The position numbers and the translations under genes were made by a program. Below the pieces are notes generated by a model. It was not told the DNA's origin. It worked only from the letters and a program-made list of their open reading frames with translations, and searched no databases. DNA of 64,000 bases, taken from assembly GCA_964016885.1 (NCBI GenBank), contig OZ024741.1, forward strand, positions 76,570,001 to 76,634,000. The letters are read 5' to 3'. Below, in pieces: positions 24,650-37,990 of this stretch; position 1 is the stretch's first letter, and each line of letters begins with the position of its first letter. This DNA is from Eledone cirrhosa (lineage: Eukaryota).

Positions 24650-25830
24650 TTATGTGTGTTCATAACTGTCTTTGGTAGCTTTTCATTTGAGAGACAAACA
24701 GACTGTGGTGTTAGTCATTCATCACTCTGAACATTTCTTCACCTCTAGAATTACTCACAGGCCAGCAGGGAACTCCAAGTTGATGCTGTTGACAGAGAAG
24801 GCCCATATCGTCCTTGCAAACAAAAGTGCAGACAATTGGGATTGCAAATATGAGTCTTCAAAAGGCAATATAAGATAATAGAAATAGCTTTTGCCGTACT
24901 TTTGACTAAAGAAATTTTAGCCTGACAGAACCTCTAAGAAATGGAAAAAGATGGTCAATACTCATCTTTTATGTCCAACAATGCCCACTCTTATAGAAAT
25001 TATGTCACCATCCATTCTTCCATAATCTTCTCCAATCAAGCATCACCTACATTCAATCTTGACACCTGATGTCAAGCCTACATTGATTACATCCTCTAAT
25101 GTGATCCTACCAACCCTCAAGTCTTTCAACAGTAAAAAAACAAAATAAAAAAAAACACTGCTCATTTCAAGAAAACATCATTGTATCTCTACCTCCTTTA
25201 GCATGAGTAGCACACAACTACAGCTCTTGACATTGCTCCAAATGTTAAGCACTACAATCATTGAGGATTTCTCATAGTGAACACCCATCCTTAAGATAGA
25301 TAGAACACTTCAAAGACTGGCCCTTCTTTTAAAGACCAAAGATTATTTCAGCACTGAAAATCTACAAATCTCAGAAAAACCCCACAATAGATTAATGTTC
25401 TCGCATCTGGAAGAGTACTGCTATTGCTTACACAAGCATTCTAGACTTCATCCAAAGAAAAGCCTTTCAGCTAATAGACATAAAATGACTCAGATATTTT
25501 CCAGCCCTAGCCCACAGATGTGCTGTCTCTTTCCTCGACATTTCTATCATTATTATGATGACCTCTGCTCTTCAGAGCTTGCTGATCTCATGCCATCTCC
25601 ACTCAGGTTTCATAAGTGTTGTGTCCACTTTTTCGCTGGACCCTGCCCAAATGACTACACCCCCTCCTGCCTATGCAAAATATCTGTCCTCTGGAAACCC
25701 TTCCTGATTACACCTTTCCAAAAAGTGTCCACTTGCCACAGTTTAAACATCAATCTCGAGGGTCTCAGAGGATTTATGAAAGCTATGGGTACTGCCCTTC
25801 TATCGAGACCTATCAAATAAAATCTCTGGA
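24650..25830 (+). mobile_element. Highly decayed LINE (CR1/L2/Jockey-group) remnant
   Basis: FYHYYDDLCSSELADLMPSP resembles the C-terminal Y-x-x-G-x-C-S-x-E-L motif; upstream fragments are weak. Confidence 0.4.
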
Positions 25831-26624
25831 GTTTTGTGCAGCATGGTACTTAGCACACTGGAAAAATATAGATGGGGGTCTGGTTTTATATGTAGTGAAG
25901 CATCACCCCAGGGAATATAAAAATAAAAACAAAAATGTAAGCTTAATGGACACATGCATTTACATATAAACACACATGTCTATAAGTAAACTTGGTGACA
26001 GAAAGACATATGTTTTGATCTTATTAGATCTCCTCAGTGAAGTGAAATCATTTAGCAAGACGGCTAGACCAGAATGGTCAAATATAACTCCTCTAAAGGG
26101 AGTTTCAAACTTGAAATTGTAAGAATACTCTCACTTAGTTGAAATTTTTTCAAACTTGTCATATTCAGATTGAGAGAATCTATTTGTATGTTCCCCTCAG
26201 GTATTTTCACCTCTATTCTTTGTTGAAAGACATAATTTCTTATTTATTTGCTATGTATAAATTTGACCATTCTAGTCTAGCCAACTTGTTGAGTAAATAT
26301 GCTTCATTGAGGATATCCAAGAAAATTGAAACATGTCTGTCATTTTCGCCTTACTCTTTATTCTCACACACATATTAGCACAGTACTAGTAAAAAAATAA
26401 CAGGGTTCATAGTAAAACATATTTAGTCTAATAAGTCTTTGATTAAAACATTCTATGTAAAAATTAAAACATTCTATGTCAAAGATAATGGAATCCTCCA
26501 TTATCTTTGATCTCCCTCTTGTCACTCAACATATTTCATTTTACATTAATTTAAATCAATTACAATAATTTTCTTCCATATTTTCTTTAATCATTATCAA
26601 AAATATATCCACTAAATCCTAATG

Positions 26625-29110
26625 ACTTTGTTCTCGGTCTTTGCGAGACTGGGATGGACGGGTGATCCTTGAACCTAAGCAGATGTGCGAGGCTTTTCAA
26701 AAGCACTTTGCCAGATTGTTCGGAAGGGGCAGGGAGCCGGTTGAGGAAGCGGCCTGCCGCGTCTCTCGGACAGGGAGGCGAAGTCCTGCGAGGAGCCGAT
26801 TTCAGCCGCTGAGATAGAGGACGTGCTGAGCCAATGCGGCAAACGCAAATTTCCGGGTCTCGATGGTCTTCCATACAAACTATATCTAGCTATGCTGGAC
26901 TTCTTCCCTGATCACCTCGAGGCGGTCTACTGCAACTGGCAACAGAACGGGAGAATTCCCTGTGCTGTGACCAAGGGCGTAGTCATGCTAGTGAGGAAGG
27001 ACGAGAACAAGGGGGACGATATAAATAATTTCAGGCCCATAGCTCTGCTAAATACAGAGTTACAGATTTTGGCCAAGGTGCTAGCAAAGAGGTTGGCGCA
27101 GACATGTGCTATCCCGTCCAGGTCCATCCATGACAACCTCCACCTCATGTGATACATCATAGAGAGGGTTGGGAACGAACCCGGCTTTGGTGGGGCCCTG
27201 ATCAACTTGGATCAATCTAAAGCTTTCGATAGGGTCGACCGTGGTTACCTGGATGCGGTGCTAGCGGCGGCAGGCTTTGGAACCGTTTTCAGGGGCTGGA
27301 TCACTGCCATGCACAGCAGCTGCATATGCTCTAGGGTCAAGGTGAACGGCTACCTCTCGGAGCCGTTCGAAGTCGCGCGGTCCATCCGACAAGGGTGCCC
27401 TCTCTCCTCCCTTCTGTATGTAATGACTCTAGAGCCATGCTGCAGGGCATCCCATTGGAACCAGGATTGCAGAAAGCGGTGTCGGCCTACACCGATGACG
27501 TAACAGTAATGGTGTTGACGGCCTCGGAAATCGGGGCGATCGGCACCTTATTGGAGGAGTACGAAAGGTTTACTGGGGCTAAGCTGAACTCGGACAAGTT
27601 GATCGGTCTGCAACTCGGTACGTGGAGGGGCAAATCGATACCCTCCAATGGCGTCATCGGGCGCTGGACGGAGGCCCCGGTGAAGTGGCTCGGGGTCTGG
27701 TTCGGACCAGACCTCCAGGTGGAGAAGAACTGGGGTGAGGTAACGAACAGGGTGTTTGCACTGACCCATAAGTGGGCTGAGAGCAAACTGTCCCTGAAAG
27801 CGTCTGTCATCTACTACCGCCTGACCGTCATGCCTTGCCCAAGGGAAACGCTCGCCAAAATGGTGCGCGCACTCTTCCAATTCCTTTGGAAGAAGGGGGC
27901 TCTTATGGTAAGGAGATCCATCTGCTGTCAACACCCTTCGAAAGGAGGGCTGGGGATGCCGTGGCTGATGATGCGTAAACACGCACTAAGGCTACAGCAC
28001 CTTCAGGTATTCCTCACCGGTCAACCAGTGTGTGCCCCGTTTGAGAGGCGAGCCTTTCCCAGACTCGTCTCGCTCACCGAGCTGCAATCCTGGGTCAAGC
28101 AAAGACCGAGAAAACTGGGCGCCTGGCACATCGAGTGTGCCCAGGCGCTCACGGCTCTCTGGCAGGCGGACCCGGCTGTCAGTGGAGAATCCACCTCGTC
28201 ATTCTATAGAGGGCTGGTGGTTAGCAGGTGCGTCGACGCCCTCGGAGAAGCCCTAGGCATGGAGGAAAACGAACTGGCCCACCTGTTCGGTAGGACATTC
28301 AGCCCGGGACCTATGGACAACTTCCAGAGGTCCCTGGCCTGGCAGTGCTACTGAGGGGCTTTGCCCGTTCGAGAAAGGCTCTACAGACATGGGCGCCCGG
28401 GTAGAGACCCCTCGAAAAAGATCTGTCCCAGATGCGTGTGCGATGAGGAAACCGTTGCACACGCATTGGTACACTGCTTGGGCATTGCCGATCTGTGGGG
28501 CTATGTTGAACGACTGTTGTCACGGGTGGGACCGATCCTGTTGACCACCGAGTCTATTGTAACGATCAAGCCGCCTCCCCTCTTTAAAAACGAAGGAGAG
28601 GCGATGTTTCTGTGCATAATAGCCATGGTGAAAGAGATTGTGTGGTGGACGCGTTTAAAGGACTGAGGTCAGACACCTTTCTCTCTGGCCAACAACTGGT
28701 CCGTTTCTTCCGATATCATTTCGGAAGAAGGATCAGGATGGAGAGAGAGGTGCTGCACCCCAACCGTTTTTATGAAAGATGGGTGAAAGTGGCGAGACTG
28801 GCCCGTGTGAATGGGCCTTCACTCTACATCAGACTGTAGGTGAGAAAGATAAAAGATCAAGGGAGCACCCTCTCTCTGTGCTCCCGAGGAGAAGGGTTGC
28901 ACACTTTTTCGGGTGTGTGTGTGCGACCCCCCCCCCCCCCCCCCCAAGGCGCCTCCTCCCTATTGAGGATTTTGTTATTCAATTTATTTTTGTTATATTT
29001 TATATTTTTATATTTTGTTATTGCCTCCTCCTTAGTGAGGACGCCTTTTTATGTAAACTCCCCCCATTGTACTTGTCCCATGCTTTGACGCCCTGGTGGC
29101 AAATAAAAAG
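26625..29110 (+). mobile_element. L1/Tx1-clade LINE, 5'-truncated, degenerate
   Basis: PGLDGLPY, NFRPIALLNTE, DQSKAFDRV, RQGCPLS, AYTDDVT, WLGVWF, GGLGMP, CPRC..ETVAHALVHC zinc knuckle; AATAAA end; much higher GC than flanks. Confidence 0.92.
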
Positions 29111-29459
29111 AAAGTTATCTATTTTATTAATAGTATTATTTTCATATACCTGTATGTAAACTCCCCATTTGTATTTGTCTCCTTCTTTTGTGCCCTTGTG
29201 GCTAATAAAGAAATTTATCTATCTACCTACCAACATAACTGCCTGCCTGTCTGCTACTCTGTCTGTCTAGTTAATTATCTATCTATCTATCCATCCATCA
29301 ATCAATCTAGTTATCTTCAGACTGTTTCTCGGATTTGTGCTTTGTTGTTATTGTGGTTGTCTGAAGATTGATACATTGCTAAATATGCATAAACAGATAA
29401 TTATAGATTGACAGCTAGCCAGCCAGACAGACAGACAGGTAGACAGATAGATAGATAGA

Positions 29460-29960
29460 TAAATTTCTTTATTAGCCAGGGGACAAATACAAATGGGGAG
29501 TTTACATACAGGTATCTGAAAATAAAACTATTAATAAAATAACAAATAACAATTAAAATCCCCAATAGGGGGGAGGCGTTACACAGGGGTTGTACACACC
29601 CCGAAAAAATGTACAACCCTCATCTCCAGGAGCACCAAGAGTGAGTACTCTCTTCCTCTTTTTCTTCAACCTACAGGCTTATATAGAGAGAAGGCCCAAC
29701 CACTCGGGCCATCTTTGCCACATTCACCCACCTTTCATAAAATTTGCTGGGGTACAGCACCTCTCTCTCCATCCTGATTTTTCTTCCAAAATTATATCTG
29801 AAAAAACGAATCAGTTGTTCGCCGGAGAGAAAGGTGTCTGACCTCAGCCCTTTTAACCTCGTCCACCATATAACCTCTTTCACCATAGCCATAACACATA
29901 GGAAAACCACCTCTCTTTCGTTTTTGAAGGAGGGTGGCGGTTTGATCATGACAATGAACT
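29460..29960 (-). mobile_element. Tx1-clade LINE 3' fragment
   Basis: IKPPPSFKNEREVVFLC...ERWVNVAKMARV plus 3' UTR ending AATAAAGAAAT(TATC)n. Confidence 0.88.
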
Positions 29961-29984
29961 CGAGATAAATAGATAAATAGAGAT

Positions 29985-31130
29985 ATATTTCTTTATTAGC
30001 CACAAGGGCGCACAAGAAAAGGGGACAATACAAAGACATGCCAGGGATTTTACATACAGTCGTGTAAAAAATATAAAAACAATTACAACAATCAAAATCC
30101 CCAATAGGGGGGAGGCGCCACAAATGGGTTGTTTAATATCCCGTCGATAGAACAACCCTCAACTCCAGGAGCGTGTTGTGCAAGTGCTCCTTTCTTCCCT
30201 TTGCTCTCTTCTTCAACTTACAGGCTTATAAACAGAGAAGGCCCAATCACTCGGGCCATTTTCGCTTCATTCACCCACCTTTCAGTAAATTTACTGGGCT
30301 GCAGTGCCTCTCTCTCCACTCTGATTCTCCTTCTAAAGTGATACTTAAAGAAGGGAATCAATTGTTGTCCGGAGAGAAAGGCATCTGTCCTCAGTCCTCT
30401 CAATCTCGTCCACCATATAACTTCTTTCACCATAGCCACTGTACAGAGGAAAACCGCCTTTCTTTCGTTTTTGAAAGAGGCTGGCGGTTTGATCTTTACT
30501 ATGGACTCAGCAGTCAACTGGATGTGTCCCATACGCGACAGCAGTTGTTCTGCATAGTTCCACAGGTCGGTTACGCTCGGGCAGTGTACAATTGCGTGCA
30601 GGACTGTTTCAATGTCCTGCGCGCATCTTGGACACGTCCTCTTGGAAGGATCCCTACCGGGGCGTCGTGCCTGTAGATCTTGTCACGAACCGGTAGAGCT
30701 CCTCGGTAGCACTGCCAGGCCAGGGACCTCTGGAAGTTGTCCATAGGTCCCGGGCGGAAAGTCCTAGCAAACAGACTGGTGAGCTCTTCGTCTTCGACAC
30801 CCAGAGTCTCTCTGAGCACGTCGTTGCCCTTGTAACGTACAATCCCTCTATAGAATGTCGAAGTGGAGTCTCCACTGATTGCTGCGCCCGCTTGCCAGAG
30901 GACTGTGAGCGCCTGAGCACATTCAATGTGCCAGGCGCCCATCGTTTTCGGTCTTTTCTTGACCCAGGACTGCAGCTCCGTCAAGGAGACGAGCTGTGGG
31001 AAAGCCGGTTGGGGGTCGGTGAGGAATACCAGGAGATGCTGCAGCCTCTGCTGACAGCAGACGGATCTCCTCACCAGCGGAGCCTGCTTCTTCCACAGAA
31101 ACTGGAAGAGCATGCGTTCCATCTTGGCGA
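29985..31130 (-). mobile_element. Tx1-clade LINE 3' fragment with internal deletions
   Basis: KMERMLFQFLWKK...PGPMDNFQRSLAWQCYRGALPVR... homologous to 27850-28840. Confidence 0.88.
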
Positions 31131-31327
31131 GATAGATAGATATATAGATATATAGATAGATTGATAGACAGATAGATAGATTGATAGACAGATAGATAGA
31201 TAGATAATAGACAGGCAGAGAGGCAAGCAGATAGATGTTATTGTCGAAGATAGATGGATAGATACATATGTTAGTATCTATAGTTAACTGTTGGTCCTAC
31301 TACTGATCATCTTGTCAACACAGTATG

Positions 31328-31358
<31 letters not shown>

Positions 31359-31464
31359 GAAATGAGGTAGAGAGAAATATATTAAATTGCTATTTCCTAA
31401 AACAAATCTAGCACAAAGTGGTTTACACATAACACGAGTTTATTGTGTGTATGTGTGTGTATGC

Positions 31465-32885
31465 ATGTATGTAGGGGAGCAGTCAGCAAAGATAGGGTTA
31501 TCAATTACTATAGCGAGGAATTTAGTGTATAGGTTGGCATCCACCAGGGCTTTGTTCTTAGCCCTCTCTTGTTTATTATCATACTGCAAGCTATAACAGA
31601 GGAGTTTAAGACCAGCTGCCCATGGGAACTCCTGTACATGAATGATCGTACACTCATAGCAGAATCTATGGTTGAAGAAATTCCAAATATTAAAGCAGGG
31701 CCTAGAAAGAAGGGGTCTTAAAGTCAACCTAACAAAGACTAAGGCGCTAGTAAGTAAAAGAGAAAAGAGAACCCTGATCTCCCCAGGGAAAAGACCTTGC
31801 TCAGTATGTAGGAAAAGTGTAGGTAGAAATTCCATCCTCTGCCCCATATGTAAACTATGGATACACAAGAGATGTAGTGGGATCTCAGCTAAGGATGTAG
31901 ACTTTAATGTAGTAGTTGCACCAGGACAGTTAGTCACAAACAACCACAGGAAACAAGCGCTATCAAATTCCGGGAAGGCTCGGTAGAAGCAGTAGATTGT
32001 TTCTGCTACTTGGGTGACCAGCAGCAGAGGTGGGTGTTCTGAAGGTACAGTAACCAGAGTGAGAACAAGGTAAAAGAAGTTCAGGGAGCTACTACCACTG
32101 CGAGCTACAAAAGACTTTTCCCTCAAAATGAAAGGCAGTGTTGCATGGTAGTGAGACCTGAGCACTGTGTACAGAAGATTTGCATAGATTGGAAAGAAAT
32201 GAAACTTGCATGCCCCGATGGATGTGTAAAAGTAATATATGTGAATGGTAAAGCATAAACAAACTAAGACAGAAACAAAGCATAAGTGGAATCAGATGCA
32301 GTGTGCAGTAGAGATTGCGTTGGTATGGACATGTGATGCGTATGAAGAATGATAACTGTATAAAAAGGCACAGAGCACTCAAAGTTGATGAAAGCCATGG
32401 AGTGTTGAGACCTAGGAAGACTTGGGACGAGGTGATGACCTTGCCCAAGATCTTTGGCATTATGCAGTAATACAGAAGACCCGATATCCTATGGTCATAG
32501 GCTAAAGCTGAAGCATAAATATAGTATGCACCACTTCATACGTCTCCCATGAGGACAGACTGGAGTATACATCCAGTGAAGCCTCCAGCCCACACTGTAA
32601 AGTAGTCATGATGGCGACACGACAAAAAGCACCCAGCCCACACTGTAAAGTGGTCGTGACGGCGACACGGCAAAAAGCACCCACCCACACTGTAAAGTGG
32701 TCATGTAGGTGTCATTTCAAAAAGCACCCAGTACTCACCATAAATGAGGTTGGCGTTAGGAAGGGCATCCAGCTGAAGAAACCAAGCCGGAATCAGTTCT
32801 GTATGAGCAAGACATGATCATCTGACCTAGGAAAACTCGTCTAATCCATGCTGTGGGAAAATGGACGTTAAACAATGATGATGAG
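31465..32885 (+). mobile_element. Degenerate RTE LINE (RT C-half including zinc finger, 3' UTR, tail)
   Basis: GLKVNLTKTK...PCSVCRKSVGRNSILCPICKLWIHKRCSG; four ~48-bp 3' UTR units; (GAT)n tail. Confidence 0.88.
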
Positions 32886-32910
32886 TATATATATATATAT
32901 ATATATAAAT

Positions 32911-32981
<71 letters not shown>

Positions 32982-33095
32982 AATGAAAAGAGTGGAAAAC
33001 GGGACAAAACACGAACAGGCGAAAAAAAATTGTGGAACGTGACAAACACAACAGAAGATTGGATAAGTGAAAGAAAAAGAAAAGAAAAAAAGAGA

Positions 33096-34693
33096 GAGTC
33101 CAGAAAATAGGGATTTCGTTTAACCCAAAGGTCAGAAAAGGTTTGACATTAGATTTTGATTGCTAAAGACATCCTGATCATCCAAAAGTAGTTTCCAGTC
33201 TTAAATTGTAGTGTTTGTGGTGGGAGTGGCCACACAACTATTGATATCTGCATGCAATCGAGCCTGGTCCTTTCATCACTGTTGTCTTCTCTTTTTAATG
33301 GCAAAATTAATGTTCAAGCTAGAATATTAAAGCATACCATGAATTATGATATATGTCATTTTACAAAAAAACAAAACAAAAATGATTTGTCTTGGGACAA
33401 AACATGGCTAAAAAGTACGAAATATCTTCGTTTTAAGCATTAAGACTAGAGTTTAAAATCTACGTTTTCATTAGAGTTTTTTTTAATCCTTTATAGCAAA
33501 GGCTTGATTAACTATTAAAAATAAGCACATGCTTAGGGCATCAAGGAAAGAGATTTTCTATTATCATATATATCAGTGCAGCAGAACTAAAGTCCACAAA
33601 AGGGGGGGGGGGACTAACAAATAAAAAATGTATATATATATATATAGTTAAAATAATACAAATTCATATTAAATGTTTTTTTTCTTTTTTATGTACTAAA
33701 TTTTATTCAAATTATATGTATTTGACATTCCTGCCCACCCGTTTTTTTTTTTTGAAGGCACCATAATCTTTTAAGTGGTTAGACCAAAAAATGACTGAGT
33801 CCGACCCGACCCTACTTCTAGTTCATAAACATCAATCAAAACACTTAAAAAATGATACCAAAATAAAATCTAGCCATGAAATGGCTTTTACGACAGTGTT
33901 AAACACAACATTGAAACGAGGCTAATCAGTTGTTTGGCGTTTTCTCCTTATTTCACAGTTCTTGGAGCAAACCATATTGCAAGTTTGTTCAGATTAAGTC
34001 AAAACTTTAAACGGGAATCGCGTGAACTGACGTATTAAATATTAAATCTATTGAAACACAGCCATTCCACATTCTAGGTACACAATGTTTACGTTGAATT
34101 CGAGTCATCTGTGTCGCTGATGTATTACTTAAGAATCGACCTTTAAGATTTGTTTTGCATGACGTTTCATCAGCCATGTAATCACAGCCCTATGTGCAAA
34201 CAAGAACAATTCGTGTGATATTATTATTATTGTTTTTTTTTTTGTTTGTTTGGTTTTTTTTTGCAATGACATGTAGTGAGTTCCAGTAGGCTCTTGTGCA
34301 AGCTCCTTAGTCATTGATATTTATTGTAGGACATCTTCCATTTCTCACCCATGACCTTCTGATTGAGGAAGATTTTGCATAGCAGTTAGACTGTGCTTCC
34401 AAACACACCTGATACTGTGCGCTGTATGTGTCGCCCTCTAGTATCTGATATTGGAGAAAACTGCTCGTTCTTTAGATTTTTCTTACAGAAAATTATATAT
34501 CTCTGCTCTGGACCATTTTATGAACATGGCTATAGGTCATAGATGGAAAAAAAACCTCCCTTAACTCGGAATCTATACCACATTTCAACACTAAAAACTA
34601 CTTTCGGTTGATCATGGAGTCTTTGGCTATTAAAATCTGGCGTCAAACCTTTTCTGACCTTTAGGTTGAACAAAACCCCTATTTTCCGGTCTC
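33096..34693. mobile_element. Non-autonomous DNA transposon with long (~120 bp) imperfect TIRs, GAG...CTC termini; superfamily uncertain (Sola/Mutator-like)
   Basis: GAGTCCAGAAAATAGGGATTTCGTTTAACCCAAAGGTCAGAAAAGGTTTGAC... mirrors ...GTCAAACCTTTTCTGACCTTTAGGTTGAACAAAACCCCTATTTTCCGGTCTC. Confidence 0.7.
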
Positions 34694-34719
34694 TGTTACT
34701 GAACTAGATAGAAAGATAT

Positions 34720-34890
34720 CGGGTGGTGGGCTGGTCAGAAGCTGGACTGGCTGGCTAAATGGATGGCTGGTTCAATGGATGGATGGACGGATGGTAGGCT
34801 GACTAGTTGGTTGGCTGTATAACTGACTAGCTGGATGACCAAATGGCTGGTTGGCTGACTGATTGATTGGCTGGTTGGCTGTTGTCGATT
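34720..34890. repeat. Degenerate (GGAT/GGCT/GGTT)n tetranucleotide tract
   Basis: Direct reading. Confidence 0.8.
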
Positions 34891-36184
34891 GGTCTCTCTT
34901 GAAATGTACATTTCAAAAGAGCAGACGCCGCGTTGCTCTTTAAGTCAGTTCACATGGACTTCTTCAACTCTCTCTCTATTTCTTTGCCTCTTCCCTCACT
35001 CTTTCTTTCTTTCTTTCTTTCATTCGGTAATCTCGCTTTGTTTTACTAATTCGTAGCCCTTTCTTTTACAATTTCTATCTTTCTAATTACTTTATCTATT
35101 TACTTATCTTCCTGTCTATCTATCCTCTTTTTCCTCCCCATTTCTCTCTCTCTCTTTTACACTATTCTCTTCGGACGCTGTCGCCATTCTCCATCTCACT
35201 CTCCTCTCTTTTAATTTAATTTTTTTCTTTTCTTCTTGCCTCTTTCTCTCTTTTCTTATCTCATCTCTGTTCATCTATTCTATCAAACCTTGGCCAATTC
35301 AATGGGCAACAAGACCCAGAACTGACATTTTGGAACACATGTTTAAGGAGTGAGAAAAAAAAGAAACCTAGATCCGATTACTAGAAAGTGAAAGCTTTCT
35401 TATTAATTCATTGTTGGTTAATAATTACTTTAATTTTTATCTTCACACACACACACAAACACACGCACACTCACACTCACACACACACACACATATATAT
35501 AATCACATCTCTCTATCTCCTTTTCTTTCCCTATTTGCCTTTATATCACTCTTTCTGCACCCCCCCTCTCTCCCTGTCTCTCTCTCTTCCAGACCCTCTC
35601 TCTCGTCTAGAACCTCTCTCTCTCATCATTCTCTCTCTGTCTCTCATTGATCCAGGGGCAATAACTAAACTCCAATGGCTTCATCTTCTGCGGTAACTTT
35701 AATCAGCAGATGATTTTTCAGCAACTTTATTCATCTTTTTACTTTTATTGTAGATTTCTTTTGTCTTATACTGATTGGGAAAAGGATTCCATTTCTACAC
35801 CCTTCGACGAATTTTCATGTCAACAACTCTCTTTCATAAATTTTCACGCTAACTCGTCTCCAAAAGCCAATTTTAATTTACTCTATATATATATTATATC
35901 TGATATATCTACATCTATATAGATAAATATATGTATATATATGTGTGTGTATATATTAAAGAAAAAAAGCCTACCTCTATACAGATACTTATTTCTGTAC
36001 TGCCAGTAGATATGCATATGGGTTATAGAATACGAAGCATTACAAAACGAAGTAGAACCAAGAGAATGGATTACTAACCAAAAAGAAAAAAAGTTTTGTC
36101 GAGTGAAATAAAGAGAACATTTCTTCAACTGTTTCTATAAATTTCCTTCTGCTATCCGAAAAATCAAGCCACGAACATAGTTCT

Positions 36185-37678
36185 ATGAATAATTTCAATT
36201 ATCAATCAGGGAAGAGGAATTCCCAGAATGCTGGGGTTCGTCGGCGTGGGAGAAAACAACTACATGAAATACAAAACAATTTCAACGACGACATACAAAT
36301 CCTAGAAGTATCTTTGCCGAAAAGAGGTCCCGTTAAGGAGAGACCAATCGAAAAAATAGACCTTAGTGTGAAAGAGAACTATTCTGCACCCACAAAAGTA
36401 ATTGATCAGTGTTCTTCTGAAGTTCCACTAGCGAACTACCAGAGAGACGACAAATTGGAAATATCCTTTCTGGAAGGAAATCGTGCTGAGAAATCTTTGG
36501 ACTTGGGTTGGGAATCTCAGGAAATTAAGAGAAACATTTTGTTGAAGCTCGCTACCGATGATGACTACAGTTTTACCAAGACCGAAGAATGTTTTATCCA
36601 CGAGAGGGCCAAACTATATGTTGTTAATATGTTTCCCGAGAAGCATTATTATTATATTCCGGACAATGCTGAAGAACAACCCCAGTCGATCGATTCAGAC
36701 GAAGAGATTTTAAACGAGGGCCAGGTGTTCTTTCCGACTTCTTACTCTGGTAAGCGTAAGAGAAGATCTTATAATAATTTCAATTGCTACGTGACTCACC
36801 ACAAGAATGATGACCTCTATGATAACTCACACATTCTCCCTAAGGGGACACGACTTTTGAAACCCCCCAATAAATTAGTAGAGCTTGTTGCTCAAGCCAT
36901 CGATGGTTCTCCAGACGGTCTGCTGCAAGTTCACCAGATATACACAGTGCTTCAGAATAAATACCCTTACTTTCGTTTCATGGATCGGATGGCCATTAAC
37001 AGCTGGAGGAGTTCTATTCGCCATGCACTTTATCAAAAATGGTTCAGGAAAATACACTTCAGTACAGAATCTATCAACAGAAAAGGTTGCTATTGGACCA
37101 TAAACCGCCAATTTAGCCCCAAAACGTGGACAATGCCAGGATTTCAAAATATATCATCAGTTTATTTTACAACTGACTCTACAGAAAATTGTACTTCCAA
37201 CTTTCAGCCAGAAACTCAACTCCCTGAGCTGGAAGCTCCTGGGCCAACCAATTCAATCACTTATGAGCAGTGCAATTCCTCAAACGAATTTCAACCTGTC
37301 ATTAATATGCCACAAGAATATTCTATTGCAATTCGAGATGATCAACAGCATGAAGATGAAATCACCACACTGATCAAAGATCCAGACCCAATCCTAATTC
37401 CTTGGTCATCTGAATCTATAACTTCTGTTAGTCATATAGAAAATGCAGCATTACTTTCAAAAGATTCACAGATGTCTCAACTTCCCATTAGCTTTCAGAT
37501 GAACACTGTCATAGATTGTGAAGAAATGTTAAATGCCAGCCCTGATACTTGGCTCCAACAGTGCTCTGGTTCTTCAGATTGGCCCCAGAATGTCGATGAT
37601 GCTTCTTTATGCTACCCATACACACAACAAATATTGCTAGCAACTTTTCCCTTGGCTACCTCACTTGCTAACACCTAA
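36185..37678 (+). CDS. Forkhead-box (winged helix) transcription factor, divergent, single-exon ORF of 497 aa; subfamily not assignable
   Basis: Forkhead domain at about 36860-37105: [28 protein letters not shown]...YPYFR...[18 protein letters not shown]...KGCYWTIN; uninterrupted ORF; AT-rich downstream region with AATAAA at 39090. Confidence 0.88.
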   Translation: MNNFNYQSGKRNSQNAGVRRRGRKQLHEIQNNFNDDIQILEVSLPKRGPVKERPIEKIDLSVKENYSAPTKVIDQCSSEVPLANYQRDDKLEISFLEGNRAEKSLDLGWESQEIKRNILLKLATDDDYSFTKTEECFIHERAKLYVVNMFPEKHYYYIPDNAEEQPQSIDSDEEILNEGQVFFPTSYSGKRKRRSYNNFNCYVTHHKNDDLYDNSHILPKGTRLLKPPNKLVELVAQAIDGSPDGLLQVHQIYTVLQNKYPYFRFMDRMAINSWRSSIRHALYQKWFRKIHFSTESINRKGCYWTINRQFSPKTWTMPGFQNISSVYFTTDSTENCTSNFQPETQLPELEAPGPTNSITYEQCNSSNEFQPVINMPQEYSIAIRDDQQHEDEITTLIKDPDPILIPWSSESITSVSHIENAALLSKDSQMSQLPISFQMNTVIDCEEMLNASPDTWLQQCSGSSDWPQNVDDASLCYPYTQQILLATFPLATSLANT

Positions 37679-37687
37679 ATATGGATA

Positions 37688-37990
<303 letters not shown>

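Noticed and set aside
20875-36000. RPP14 exons upstream of HTD2
   Set aside because: No RPP14-like peptide recognised by eye; absence is not proven.
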